From positions 74,340,001-74,400,000 of the forward strand of contig NC_087436.1 in NCBI RefSeq assembly GCF_036321535.1: a stretch of 60,000 nucleotides of DNA, given 5' to 3'. This document shows, piece after piece, positions 11,421-25,610 of the stretch (position 1 is the stretch's first letter; each line of letters opens with the position of its first letter). The position numbers were made by a program, and so were the translations under genes. The notes under the pieces were generated by a model. It saw only the letters and a list, made by a program, of their open reading frames with translations, was not told the DNA's origin and did not search any database. Source of the DNA: Camelus dromedarius. Lineage: Eukaryota.

Positions 11421-14019
11421 TGGGTCTCGGCCTTTTTTTTTTTTTTTTTTAATATTAAGGAAGCAGAAACTGCCACTTCAAAAGGAAAAGAACTGCAGTT
11501 TATTGACAGCGTGAAAACTTTTCAGAAGAAATGATCTGTGAAATATTTTAATTTTGATAAATTACTTTCTCCGAGGGCTCCTACTGAGTGTAGAACCACT
11601 TGCCTTTCTTAATTTTACTACATTTGTTTCTGTAGGAAATATCCCATTTTCAGGGGCATGCCTGCCCCTCCCCCCTTACACTTGTTAAAGAACTTAACGC
11701 AATTTTTGAAAAAGGTGTGTGCCACTGTCGTGTAGAAAAATTAAATAATGAAAATGAACGTATACCTGACACATGCTTTACTGAGTTGCCAGAGAGAGAA
11801 AGTGCATTGCTGAGGGGTTGGGGAGCGGTTATAAAATTTAAATACATTCAGCATCCGGTGGGGGTGGGGTGTGTCCGCCTCTCTCTCTGATGTATTTTGG
11901 CATTACTTTTGTTTGTTTTTAATTTAGTCGTAGTGTCGTTGTGGTACGCTTCTGTGCATGGAGCCTTTTGGACTGGGAGGAATGGGCGCCCATGACGTAT
12001 AATCTCCATGGAGAGATTGCTGCCAGACATCGGGGTGCAACAGGAAATCTTAGCACAGTGGCGTCTAAAGATAGTTCTATTTCTAATTAGTTAATATTTA
12101 AAGGCTAGTTAAATTATCATTTCTGATTAGAAGCGCTCGGGTCAGACATATGGCTAAATCGTCCCTCAAATCATCTCACCCTACCGTGGTTTACATCTTA
12201 ATTTTGATGGTTATTTTTGTCTTTTAAAAATCTTTTTTCCCTGATCACCAAAGTATGAATGATCATTGCAGAAAAGGTGGAATATACAAAACTAAGAAAG
12301 ATGTAAACTGTTTATAACAGTAGCATTTACATTCTATATAACAATAACATTTACATTCTATATGCTAAGGCCTAGTTTTTCATAGAAGCCTAGTCATTTG
12401 AAAACTTTGCAGCTAGGGACTTTTAAAAATTGCTGACAAACTTGGTTTAGGAGCTAAAACTAGGAATTGACCAGGAAATAAAATTGTACCTTAAAAAATG
12501 TGATAAACAACAATAACTTTTTCACACGGTTCATGGGACAGAATTTATTGTGGCAATTTCTCTTGAGTCAGCTTCCCACATCTGCTCCTGACAAATGGTT
12601 TCTGTTTGTATAGTCTGTTTTGTAAATACATTTCTACCACTAAGGCAAAGTGCCCAAACACATACTCCTTTCCCGTGCTGGTAGCTAGGCTCATCGAGTT
12701 AATATTTTTATTGGTTTCTGCATCAGAACTTCCTCACCGTCCACTTGATAAAACCCTGGAGAAGGTTACCAAGGGATGTTGCAGAGAATTTACTTCCCTG
12801 GAGATTTTAAGAATAGGATAAACATCCATCTGCCTAGGATGGCTTCAGTGCAGTACCATCTGGATAAAGGAAGGCTAAGCCACCTCTCTGAACCCCCAAA
12901 ATGAGGAATTCTAAACAAATTTCAGTTCTCAGTAACCTAGGACCAACAGAAATACAGATTGCTCCTAAGCCCAGGATGTGGTGAATCCCTGTTCTGATTT
13001 ATGTACAACAAATAGTCTCCTTTGGTAAGAGATTTTAAATGATCCCTGGGACTTGCCAATACTTTTCTATTGATAGAGAGCAAATCAATAATGATTTCTT
13101 TACCTTCTAAGAAGTTCTAGGTTGAATACAGTATAAGTTCCGTAACTTAAAGTAAATGAATGAATTGATTCATGGAAATTCAAAGTTCTGCCTCGTAAGA
13201 AGGCAGAAAGAGGGATGTGTGTGTAATAAACCCTGGAGCTTAGGTTGGTGTCCCTGAGAGCTGTCTCCACTGGGGACCCAGCCTTCTTTTCAGTCTCGCA
13301 TCCTGTGTGTTAAATCTGGTTACATTTTTACATGCACATTTTACTTCCTCCTCAACATTTATTCTTAACTTTCCATGTAGAAACTAGTGTAGAAACCCAG
13401 GTAGTCCTTTTACCCAAACCAGGTATTCCTATAACATCTGTTGGAGGCTGTTCCCCTGAACTACAGCTGTGGTGCTGTTTTCCTGGGGACTTTCAGAAGG
13501 GGGGGATTTCATGGGTTGCTGCTTCCTCTGCCCTCCTGTGTGACAGAAGTATCCTGTAATTCTAACCACTGTGTGACCTCAATTGCAGTCACACCTTCCT
13601 CCCTTTCTGTAGTGTCACTTGATCAAGAAAGCCAACCCCTTGTTCTCCCTGCAGGATCACTGGGAGGGGTTCACTTTCTAGGAAAGGTCATGTCAGAAAG
13701 AAAATGGGGAAGTCAGGAGTCTCTGGGCTGGGTGGTTTTTTTTACCTCTACCTCACATCCTTCAGCTTGTCATATTTCTCCACGCATGCCCAGCAGGTCT
13801 TCTTATGCCATGGTAACGCCCAGAGAAGGGATAGGAGTAGGAGCAATGGTGGCTCATTTGTTCAACAAACATTTGCTCTGTGGGAGGTAGCCCAGCAACT
13901 GGAGATGGGTTCTCTGCCCTCTGGGAACTTGTCATATAAGGGGAGCAATCAAACATGTTAATAAGCTAGTGCCACTTTGAGGGAGAAGAGTACAGGGGTT
14001 AGGAACTTAGTTTTGTTGT

Positions 14020-14560
14020 AAAGTTAAATATACATCAACCCTGTGACTCAACACATCCACGCCTAGCTGTTAACCCAAGTTGATGAAAACAAAGGTCCAC
14101 AAAATGATTTTTACAGAGCAGCCCCAGCAGCCTTATTCACAGTTGCCAACCACTGAGAACAACCCTCTGTCCATCAACAAGAAAATGGATAAATTGTGGT
14201 ATATCCATGCTGACGGAATACTACTCAGCAATCAAAAGGGATGAACTTGTGATATACACAACAGCCTGCGCGAATCTCAGAACCATTCTGTTAAACTGAA
14301 AGAAGCCAGACACCAAAGACTAGACAAGCAGTTCTGTTTTTGAAGTACTACAGGCAGAACTAATCTATGACAGCAGAAGTTAGTGGTTGCTTCTGGGAGC
14401 CAGGGAGTTTGACTGGAAAGAGATAAAAAGAGACTTTCTGGTCTCTGGGAAATGTTCCATGTCTTGATCTGTGTGATGGTTATACAATGATCAAACTACA
14501 TCAAACTGAACAGTTAAGACACATGTATTTTCTTGTATGCAAAGCATTAGCTCAATTAGA
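14020..14560 (+). mobile_element. Old L1 (L1M-type) 3' region
   Basis: gtccatcaacaagaaaatggataaattgtggtatatccat...ggaatactactcagcaatcaaaagg...gaagccagacac. Confidence 0.75.
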
Positions 14561-14569
14561 AGAAGAAGA

Positions 14570-14775
14570 AGAATTTAAGTTCTAGAGATGAATGAAGGTA
14601 TACATCCCATCTCTGCCTCTAGGTATGTGTTACCTTGGGCAAGTTATTAAATGCCTGTGAACCCGGAAACACTGGACAATAATAAAACAGCTCCTTCATA
14701 GGGTTGTTGTAAGGATCGAGTTAGATAATGAAAGTATTCTGCTTGGTAAGTACTAAATAAATGTCAGCTAATAAT
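14570..14775 (+). mobile_element. MIR SINE
   Basis: ccttgggcaagttattaa ... cataggggttgttgtaaggat-like core ... taaataaatgtcagcta. Confidence 0.7.
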
Positions 14776-17700
14776 CCCATGTACTGTAATAAATACGTGG
14801 TGTTGGTGTTGGTGACACTTTTTGGGAAAGCCACTTCACTTATTTAAGATTATCAAGGATCTTGTAACATATTAACTGATATCCTTAGCATTATATGTAT
14901 CTTCATTTTAATGGGTCCTTTCTCGAGGTGGTAGGGAATTTAAAGTTCTTGCCTACCTGATCAAAATACCGCTGGGGCTTTGCTTTGCCAACAGAGGTAA
15001 ACCTCAGCGAGAAGAAATACCTGCAAGGGAAGCCCTCTTTTTTTGAGGACTGATTAAATGATGGTAGTTAAGGCTAACTCCCAGACTAGGCGCACAGCAT
15101 TCACAGAATTCAGGCGAAGGGTTTACATATTACATCCTCTTTCCAAAGATGTAGATGGAAGAGAAAAACCGTTGATCTCTGTGTCTAATTAATATTGTGC
15201 TTTTTTTTTTTTTAAGGGACACATGGAACTCTAATTTTCAGTAAAATACCTTGCACAGAATGGTAAACATAAATAGTTAATCTTTTAAGCTTCAATTATT
15301 TACATTCAACAAAGTGTTTGGGAAAGACAATACATAGTTTGCCAACTCTAGCAGAGGCATTTTGTTGTTGGGTTGGTTTAATTCATTCAGTAAATATTTA
15401 TCAAACATTAACTGAGAACATATCAGCCTCCGGGAATTCAGTGATGAATAAGACATTTTACACTCAAGGGTTCATAGGTGCCCTAACTGTGAGTGTGAAT
15501 GTGTGTCTACTTCTCCTGGAAATTTTTTCAGAGCAGAGGGCTCTGTCTTAGGCTAGTCTTGTTGGTTTTTTAAAAAGCCTCTTGCGTAAGATGGAGGTTT
15601 AAAATCCTGGGTTTTTCCCTCTTTGTTGGTGCTATTTTCTTAAATATCAGAATTTCTTCTTTCTGTCTATACTTTAAAGTAACAACAACAAAATGGTCTT
15701 CTATAAAGGCAGTGTAGTGTCAGGGAATGGTCTTAGCCTGTGGGGACAGAACCCCTGGGTTTGCATCTGAGCTCTGCTACCTCCTAGTAATTTAGGGTTC
15801 TTAAATTCTTTAAGCCTGAATTTTCTCATCCACAAAAAGGTGAATAAGTAATACTTTGAAAGAGGTATTAATCTGTATCAGATCAGGCTGTTATAAGGAT
15901 TAAATGATAAAATACACATAAAAATAACTAGCCTGGCACCTGGCTAGTTAATTAATTTCTAATATTTATCAAGTACTTGCTAAGAGTCAAGCGCTGTCTG
16001 AAACTTGTATCTTCCTGACACTCCTGTGAAGTCGGCACTTTTATTACCCCTTTTCAAGGAAACCCAAAACACAGAAGAGATTTAAATAGCTTGCTGAGGG
16101 CATGGAAGTGCCAGGACAGGAACCCCCCCAAGATCTTGCATCTCAACCGAGAATGTTCATGATGTCAGTTACTTTTCCCTTTTAGGTAAAATTATTTTTG
16201 AGATTTAATTACCACAGGGAGAAAGGGACACCAGTGAGGGGGGCTAGGACCACCATTATGGGCTGCGTGCATGTGAACACTGGTGATGGAGAGTTGGTGC
16301 ATCTTTAAATGGTTAATGGGTCTACTTTCTACCTTGTGGAGGGGGGCTTGCAGGAGAGGTGCTGATGTACATGTCAGGGTCTTTCCCCTGCCCCTCAGAA
16401 GTCTTCCTGTCAGCCCTCCCTCCTACATTGCCCATCATCCCCTACCCCAGTGACTCCAATTAAGAAGTCAATGTGTGAACAAAAAATGTGGGCAACAAGC
16501 ACCTGTTAGGGTTTGCCTAGGTTTTGTGGAAGCCGTGTAGGGATTGACATGAATGTGATATTATTGTGGTCTCCACCAGGAAGGCAGAGTGAGATGTGTG
16601 CCCCAGACCCCTGAAAGTAAGAGGACCAGGAAACTGTTACCCTGGAAGATTTTGTATTCTCCATTTCCGTGGTGTTTCCTCAACTGCCTGGGCTCTAGAG
16701 AACCCTGAGTTAGAAGTTTAAGAATAAATCCCAAGAACCCGACTGAATTCATGAAGACATACAAAGTCACGCTGGCCAATTTATTAAAATAATGTGCAGA
16801 TACCTCGGAGAGGGGGTACGTAGTTAAATAACAGCTTTCCTGTTTAGATATGAGCCTTTTCACTTCATACCCACCCCGCCCCGCCCAAGTACTGGTTTTT
16901 GTGCGGAGGCTCTGTATTAACGTTCTCAACAACCACGCCTCTCCTCTGCAGTGAGGCTAGACAGACAGAACTTCAGGACCGTTTCCTCAACCACCCAGTG
17001 GTTCCAGGTCTGTTTAAGGAACACCCCCCCCCCCCACAAGAAGTCCCCCAGCCTGCAGAGTGGGGGCCTCTGGAGGAGATGTGCTGAAGCCAGGGGTCAT
17101 GGGAGGAGTCCCTTTGCAAAGTGCTGCTTGTATTTGAAGGAATGTCACCATGTACCAGTTTTGTTCATCCAAGTAACCTCATTATCTCAGAGCAAAATCC
17201 CTGGCGGATGAAATTTTTGGGGTTCTGCTCTCTGAGGGGGAGAAAAGAAACCTGCAGGGATCTTGGCTCCTTGGTTTTCCCTGACCCCTCAAGGCTGCTT
17301 GGCTGCGTGCAAGCTCCACAGCCTTTTAGTCTGATCTACAATAGCTCCGCTAAAGTCCGGAGAATCGCAGGACTGTCGCTTGAAGTCCCTCTCTGCCTCT
17401 TCACCATCGCCTCCAGCCTCTTTCCCTCAACTTTAAGCCCTTTGTGTTGGTTGCCATGGTTACCTCTTCACCACTAGCAGCTGGAATTCCATAGTGAGAG
17501 GAGGCTGCCTCCCCACTGAGCCAGGTCTGGCTGGGGCGGAGGCCACCAATCTGCCGCTGGGGTCACAGTCCAGTACCTTCTCTTTGTCATGGATTCTGTA
17601 CCCTTCCCAGGCTTGGCATGCTGGTGAGAGAGTGGCAGGGGAGACCAGGGCTGTTGTCCAGTGCACAGGGTATCTCCTGCCCTCAGCTGGCCTGGCTGCC

Positions 17701-18249
17701 CTGTGACCTGCCCGCTGCCGCTTCCTTTGGATGTTGATACCCAGGGCAGGACCTGCTCCACCCAGTCAGATAAAAATGACCACTCACTTCCCCACCTGCT
17801 TTCCCATCGGCTTTTATGCCCAATACCATCTGTTTATGCATAGTTGATGCGAACAAGGCTGTGGTCTGGAAGGATCTGGTACCCAAGGCAGGTTTTCCTC
17901 CAGCCTGGAAGAGCAGGCAGGCACAGGAAACTGGGGGACAGTGGGGAGACCTGAGGTTCAAGAGAGCAGTGTGAGAACACAGCTAGCTCAGAGTTTGTCA
18001 AGAAGCTGATCCTTCAGGTACTGTTTAAGGCCTAAATTTCTTCTCATTTGGGCTGCCATTGGCTCCAGCACTAAAACAGGAATTGTAAACCCGGGGGAAA
18101 ATGAAGCAGGCCCGGTGGTGAGAGCAGGGAGCAGCAGTAACCAGTAGAAATGGCCCCAAGCCGTCACTCCTGAGGAAGCCAGTGCTGGGGGAATGGTGCT
18201 CTTCCTGGGATCCGGCAGCTCGGTTTTCACGGTTGTGAACAAGGTTAAG

Positions 18250-18445
18250 GGCATGCTTTGGAGCTTTTATAATACATCGGGTCCTGGCTTGACCACTTTC
18301 TTTGTGATCTTGAGCAGCTTATTTGAATTACTCCATGCCTCAGTTTCCTTTTCTGTAAAAGAGGGCGAACACTTCATAGGGTTGTTGTGAGGATTGAACT
18401 TGTAATGTAAAAATACTTTGTAAAGCCCAACACAGGTGCCAATTT
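18250..18445 (+). mobile_element. MIR SINE
   Basis: tgtgatcttgagc...gcctcagtttccttttctgtaaaa...catagggttgttgtgaggatt. Confidence 0.75.
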
Positions 18446-20352
18446 GTAATATTATGAAGTGATGTTTTGAGGGTGCCATGCTAAGCGAAAGACAGATTTT
18501 TGTTCCGCTTTTCTGTTACATATATCAGTGGGTCCACAATTCCCTGGAGAGGATAAGATAGTGTTAGGGTAAGTAGGGACATACAGGATTAAGAAAAAGA
18601 AGAAGAAAAGGAAAAGAACTCTGGATTGTATTACACTAACCCTATAGGAACCAAGGGAACAATGATGGAGCTGAGTAGAAACTTAGCCAATGGAGCCATA
18701 GTTACAGACACCTTGTAAAGGTACATTGTAAACCACAAACGATGACTTTTCCACAAATTGAGTGCAGTTCAGTACCTTCCCTTCCAGTTAAACTGTGCTT
18801 CTGAAGAATTTAAAGCAACAACCAGGGGAAAGCTTGGGAGACAGAGTCCCACTTTGGGTGATAGCAAAGGTTGGAAACATCTAGGTTTGAGATTTGGAGG
18901 CATTTAAATAGCATGGAATGTCTATTATCTACCCTAAAAAGCAGAACGAATCTCGGATATTGTGGACACAAATGCAGTTGGCACGAGCTTAAAAAAAGTG
19001 CATGTGAGCTTCTTTCTAAGACCCAATAATCCTCTCGGGCAAAGTAAGGATTAGGCTTCTCTCACAAACAAGGGGGTGAGTTCATTTTTGCTAAGATTCC
19101 TCGGCTGATGCCAAATTTAGCAAGGGACCTATTTTCTCCCGATGAATGACCATCTCCATTTACATTTTTCATGTCCACCCCTCTTCTCTAGGCAGGTCTA
19201 GGACAGGAGCAGCTTATTTGCATGTAGATGGGAGAGAGAAACTCTGTTCCCCGAGACACCCTTGCGATCCCAGGGACCTTCCAGAGCCAGAGCTTCTCCA
19301 CCCACTCCCGCCTGCAGGAGGGCAGGGGTCTCTCTCCCCAGAGCCTGAGATGAGAGGACTCTGGTGGTTCAAAAAAAACTGGGTCCAGACTCATTACTGT
19401 GTTTTTCAAACAGCCAGGCAGATACATTCACTGATCATGGCCCCTGCCCAGTGCCTGAGGCTTCCTCTGGTGAGAAAAGGCCCCCAGGAGAATTCCTCAG
19501 GCTAATTCTGTCAGCTTTGATGCTCCAGGAACCATTTCTTTTGCACCAGTTGCTGGGTCCTCTATGCCTGTCTGTTCCTAACGGGCCTAAGTAGTGCCCC
19601 ATATTTCCTGCTTTTATGCAAAAAACCTCCACTGTGGAGTTAAATATGTATACCCCTCCCCAAATGCTTTAGACATTTGCAGTTTTGTAAGGAATTCTAG
19701 AGCTCATCATTACACCAGCATCCCATCACACCCCTTGGGTGACTCCCCACATCCATCTCACAGAGACCACTTGGGTTGAATGGTAATTGGTATCACATGC
19801 CAGGCTCCCTAGGTCCCACAGCAATGTCACCAGGCAGACAGTACTCTGTTCCCTGTTTCCAGTTGAGGTCCTGAGGCTTACATGGAATCGTGGCCAGGGA
19901 CTGGCGGAGCACAGACTGGAACCAGGTTGGTCTGGCTCCAAATTCTGCGTGTGTCTCTCCGTCAAGACCAGAAGTCAGAAATTGTCTTTTATTCCACACA
20001 GATTCCAACTTGGAGGCTGCGTGTAGAAAGTGCTCGTCACTGGTGGATGGAGATACCCAAGAAACTTTTCTCACTTGGGATTTGTCACTGATGCCCTTTT
20101 TTCACCTTGGCTCATAGACAGTTAAAGGTAAAAGGAGCCTTAAAAACTCAAAAGTTCACCTGTACCACCCCAGTGCAGGCCTCCAGGCTCTTGGTCCAGT
20201 GCTATTTCCCTCTATAAGAGTGCATGTGTATATGGCCATTTTTAGTGTCTATGTAGCCATCCAAACTCTTTTTTCCTAATGTTTTGTGGTAGTTAAGGCA
20301 GGATGTATTACCAGATCTATTTTCCTGTCTTACTTCCACCTTGTCGCTTCTT

Positions 20353-21550
20353 TTTTTTTCATAATTGACATTTTATTGGTTGTTTTGAGGATCAGTTCAC
20401 AGATGTTTCAATTTGTACACAATTCTTAACATATATAACAAAAAAATAAAAAGTCATGAGGTTGTGATTCTTTTCTGAACAGTTATTCCTGTGACTTCCC
20501 AGCTTAAAATTTGGAGGCACATTTTCCTTAACAGAATATTAGGTACCAGTATCTTTAAATGTTGATACGCTGTTATATATAAGTCCCACTAATTCACAGT
20601 TTAATACCATAGACCCTACACACTCAAATTTCAACTGTTAACAGCATATTAAGAAAGTTACTAAGAAAACTGGACTACCACTACCAGAGATGTTACAGAG
20701 TGCACAGGATTCTGACAAGGAGAGCCAGGATCAAGGAGTGGTTGGCTTTAGGAAACAATTCACCAAAAACAACATGGAAAGAGAAGTAATCAGAAGTGTT
20801 CAAGACATAGTAAATGCACAGCTGACTCTAAATTGCCGTGTAGTATGCTTTGTATTATAAGATATAAAAACTACTATATGGATGTTAAGCTGACACCTAA
20901 GACAATCAAATCCCCCCCCATATTTAATATCCCACTGTTTTCTGGTTATACCAAAAAAATAAACAACCAGCAAATGATCTCACCTCTTTAACAAAAAAAA
21001 AAAAAGGCATTTACACTTTAAAAAATGAATGAGTGGGATTCCCTCCTTCTTAAAAATGTTTCTGCTTAAAAACTTGCATTTACAAAATAGTTGATAAAAA
21101 TGTTCCTCTGGATTGTACAAGAAGGGAGACGGGCCAGTGATAAAACCCAGTGTGTGATATTAATCAGACTTGGCGGCTTTCTCTCCTGCTTCATCAGAGG
21201 CTGTGCTCGCCTCGTTTTCAGTTTCCTGTTTCCTTCAGGTAAAGCTTCTTTAGTCTCTTGGTTAGCCACTGTGGCATGTTTTCCTTTTGCTCCCCTTTTC
21301 CTTTTGTTTGCACTTTTTTGTCTGAAGACTTATCCTTTCCTGCCACCCTTTTTGGCTTCATTTCCAGTTTTGCAGAAACGGGTTTAGCTGACAACCTCAC
21401 CGATCTCCTCTTGGGCTCCGTCGCCACCACCAAGCTGATCTTGTTGCTGGGCATCGTGGCTGCAGGGCGGGCGCCTGCCTGGTGCCTTCATCAAGCAGGG
21501 CTGCCTGGGCGCTGCCGCTCCTCCCACTGCCACCAGAGCTGCTAGGATCC
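20353..21550 (-). pseudogene. HMGN1: HMGN1 processed pseudogene (5' UTR, disrupted CDS ~21454-21160, long 3' UTR, short poly(A))
   Basis: Minus-strand translation EPKRRSVRLSAKP...KDKSSDKKVQTKGK, then a frameshift to ANQETKE, and a C-terminus ...AKSD-stop. Intronless, AATAAA at 20372-20377 (minus), poly(T) at ~20351-20359. Degenerate TSD ccaccttgtcgcttctt (20336-20352) vs ccacagtgtcacttctt (21551-21567). Confidence 0.93.
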
Positions 21551-23109
21551 CCACAGTGTCACTTCTTGTCCTCTTTCTCTCTTGCTAGTCTCGCCTCTAG
21601 TAGATCCTCTCCAGTTTGCTTTCCTGAAGGTCATCACTGGTACTACACCATGCAGTGTGGTTAGGAGAGGAAGGTCATAGAAATTTGGACCAGGACATCT
21701 TCATGTCTGTTTTACCAGCTTTGCAAGCCTAGTGCCTAATCCATTGTGTGGTCCATGGTTGATACTTAGCGATGGTTGATGGAGTGAGTGAATGATTGGG
21801 CTGGGTACAGAAGTGTGCTCTTGAGTCTCAGCACGAAGCATGTCCTCTATCATTTCAGCAGTGTGACCAGTGTTAGGAAGTTCCAGGTCAAGAGCAGGTA
21901 TGCAGGCTAGACGGCAAGGATTTGGGGAGCCTTTCAGAATCTGGGCTCAACGTTTCTCTAGGCTGAGGGACATTTGGGTTAGAGACAGAGGGGACCTGTC
22001 TGAACTTCAGTTACTTTCCACTTTCTTCTGAAGAAGCTTTCCCTTTAAAGAAGCTTTGGTATTGTTTGTCACGTGTGTCAGAGGACTTTTAGGATTGTAG
22101 ACTCCAAAGACAATTGGAAATGAGAGAGGGGGAATGTGAAAGTTAGATTTGGGGACCCTGGCTTCATGTGCCCGTCGTGGCGCTTACGAGTCCTGAACTC
22201 AAGCAAGTGACTGTCCCTCTACAAGGCTGTCTCTACACCTGTTAATGGGGATAAATAAAACTGCTCTATGTGCCCTTTAGGGTTGTTATGAGGACCAAAT
22301 GGGCTAATGCACCGAAGGTACTTTCATACTATAATGAATGATATTAAAGTAAGGAATTATTATGATTCTTGGGGAACACTAGGGAGAGAGAGGGTGGGAG
22401 GGAAGAAAGACAGAGTCCTCACTTTCTTAAGACAGATTCATCTCCCTCTACTGATACTGGTTTCCCAGAAACCCTACTTCCTCCAAGCTCCCAAAGTAAA
22501 CTCCACCACCAGCGTGAAGTCTTTCCACTGCCCAAATGTGCTCCCAGGACAGATACATCCACTGCCATTTCCCGACAGAGATTTTCCTTGAAAAATATGG
22601 AGAAATTAGACTCAGACTCATTCTCATAAGGAAAAAAAATAAAGCTTATTTTACCTTTTCTGATAATTAAAATAATAAATGTTAACTGCAAACAATTTGC
22701 AAGATAGAGAAAAAGAGAAGGAAAAGATTATCCATAGTCCTTTCGCCCAACAGTGGCAGTTTGGTACCTTTGCTGGTCTTTTGTCTTCATGCGTATCTCT
22801 TTGTCTCACATAAAGGGCAGAAGAGTCCTGTGGCAGAAATGCCAGGCGTGTGTGGCTTGGGCTGTGGCTGACGCCTAAGAAAAACGTATGCAAAGCCCAG
22901 GGATCCTCAGAGGCACTTAATGAGGGGTGGCGTGGTCTCTGGCCAGACCTCTTTCTGTTTATTTTGTTGCATTTTGCTTTCTTTAGCTGTAAAACGAGGA
23001 TCATCACTGTCTTAGATGATAAGATAACAATAGCTTTTGAAAGCACAGTATCTGGGTACATACCACGTGCCCAGTAAATGTACATTTCTCTTCTATTGGG
23101 AAGAAGCAA

Positions 23110-23310
23110 ACCCTTATTGCCAGGCACTGAGTGCTTTGCACATGTTAATTCACGCAAGCCTCACAACTACTCTTTGATGTGAGTACTATGATTATCCTTA
23201 CTTTATAGAGGAGGAAACCGGGGCACAGAAGGTTAAGTGACCTGCCGTAAGCCAAACACCTACTGGATGACAGAGCCAGACTTAGGAACTTGAGCAGCTG
23301 GCTGAGAATC
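23110..23310 (-). mobile_element. MIR SINE
   Basis: gccaggcactgagtgctttgcacatgttaattca...cctcacaac...ctttatagaggaggaaaccggggcacagaaggttaagtgacctgcc. Confidence 0.8.
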
Positions 23311-25161
23311 TGCATTGTTCATTCAAGTTCTCCAGCCGGCCACTTACTGGAGGTGCTTTAAGCTCAGGCTCTGAGTGTTTGTAGCTAGGGCTGTCCGCCC
23401 CACTTTAACCATAAGCCCTTGCATGAGGGCCCTTGGTTTTCTTATGCACTTGCCCTGGGCGAGCTATGTCATAGGGCCCAGTGAGCGGAGGGATTGAAAT
23501 CAGAAGTAAATCTGGAGCAGATGAAATCTTTAATAGGTAAGTGAAAAGATCTGCTAGTCATTAGGCTTTCTCTTCTATCCACCCTTTTCCAGAATTCATG
23601 CAAGGTTGACATAGAGATCATTGGCTCAGATCTGGAGATAGTTAGGTTTATGGTTTCAGAAAGAATCAGAAACATGCTGGATGTCAGTGGTGTAAATTGT
23701 ACACATGGATCCATTTGGGAGGGTTCAAGGGAAATCAAGTGAGAAAAGGCGTCGGCAAGAGGAGCCGGAGGAACAGCTGGGCACAGGAGTGAGACATACA
23801 AAGCACATCCCTGCATGGCTGAAGGGTTGTGTACGGCCCTCCTGTAATAACCAAGCTGCCGACTGAGGTGGGTGAGCAAAGGAAGAGGTTTTAAGGACAG
23901 GTAAATGGCATGCCTATGATGGAAAGCACCTGACAGGATACAGGCCTGAGGGAATACAGAGCAAGATTCTCAGATGGTAAATAATGATTTATAAAACAAG
24001 AAAAGAGAGTAATGAAGGGACAGTGACCCAGAAGGTTAAGTCTAAATAAATATGTAGGTACCAAAAGGTCAGGAGTAGGAACAAGGGGCTTTTAAAGAAA
24101 GGGCAGTTCATTGAGAATGCCTGTGAAACCTTCGATTAATGCCCAGTCATCAGAAAATGAAGAACAGGTTAGGCAAAGAACAGAAACCTGAGCCTAAGGG
24201 GGTCAGTTCTTAAAATCTTCCTCCAGACACTGGAAAAATAAAAAATTCAAGCCCTCCCCGCCTCCAGGAGACTGAAGGGGAAATTGCTGGGGAGCCGAAG
24301 GTGACGACTCGAGAGCCTGCTCATGGGGTGGAGGGAAGCTAGGGCCAGCTTCCTGCGTGATGGACGCTGAGCAGGACAAAAAGAAAACAGAAACACAGGA
24401 AACCACAAACAGGACTTTTCACGAAGCAAATTATGAAAATGATTACTTGTAAGCACCCGGCCTAAATCCAGAGGCATTTCTCAAAAGGGCTCTGAGGACA
24501 CTTTAGTCCTGTATAAATGTGCTTCTGCCTGCTTAATCTCAAAAAGCATTCTAGCTGCTTCAAAATATAAGGCGGCAAAACTGCGGGGAGCTGTGCCAGC
24601 GCTTTGTCCAAAGGCTTGGCCACAGTCCCCCAACACTGGTCCTCTCTACTCCACGAAAGCCAGCGGCTGCTGACACGGACCAAAAGTTAGAAGTGAATTC
24701 TACTTTCACAAAGAAACTGGCTCACAACCTTGTATAGAGAGTGACTGAAAGAAAAGAGATCCCACCTTCCCCAAATGTGTATTGTAAACATGCAATGGCT
24801 TTACAAGTTTAAGGGCCTAGAGCTCCACTTGGGATGCATCACACAATTGTTCCCTTTACAGTCAACCACGATTCATTCTATAAATCTGTATTGTGTGCCT
24901 ACTGTGAGCCGCTCGCTGTCCGAGGCCCTGGGTATGGAGGGGTTTAAAACCACAAAATGAAGAAAAGCCAGCCGTGGGTCCTGACCTTGTAGAGCTTACT
25001 GGCCTGTAGAGGAAGCAGACCGTGCAGAAGTGATCATTTACACGTGGCCCTCAGTGCGACGAAGGGGAGACCTGGTGCCGGGAAGACTGTTTGTGGTAGA
25101 AGAGGCGGTCTCTGAGGAGGTGATGTTCCACCTGGGACCAGCAGGCTGAGGAGGAGCCAGC

Positions 25162-25610
25162 TGTGAACGAGAAAGTGCCTGCCACCTCTGTAAACAAAGG
25201 ATGCTGCTGACATCAAGTCATCAGCCAGGACCACTACCCCCTTCCCCCCAGGGTGAGCTGGAGGGAACTCAGGATGGAAAGAACAGGAGACTGGCCCCAG
25301 ATAGCTAGGTGCACATCAGAGGAATGATTTCAGTGAGCCCAGACTTTGGCACCTGCCCATACATAGAAAAGCACCAAATTCCCTAACTTGACATGTCTCA
25401 CTTTCTTTGATTAACAATAATCTTTTGATGTTCTGACCACCTGGTCTTTACTCCAAAAGCTCCTACATACCCTGACTCCTCCCTGCCTCTTTGGAGTGGT
25501 CTCTCAGAGCAGTCCTAGAGGCTGTCACCCCAGGCTTAAGTCCTCAGACATGTCCGCTGAGTAAAATATAACTCAACTTTTAGGTTGTGCATTTTTTTTT
25601 TCAGTCAACA
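25162..25610 (+). mobile_element. Solo LTR, ERV1 class (449 bp), inserted within an L2-like relic
   Basis: Termini TGTGAAC...GTCAACA. Perfect 4-bp TSD cagc at 25158-25161 and 25611-25614. AGTAAA poly(A)-signal-like motif near 25560. L2-like sequence continues on both sides. Confidence 0.85.

Noticed and set aside
21218..21454. Functional HMGN1 gene
   Set aside because: Intronless and frameshifted, with poly(A) and TSDs, so a retrocopy.
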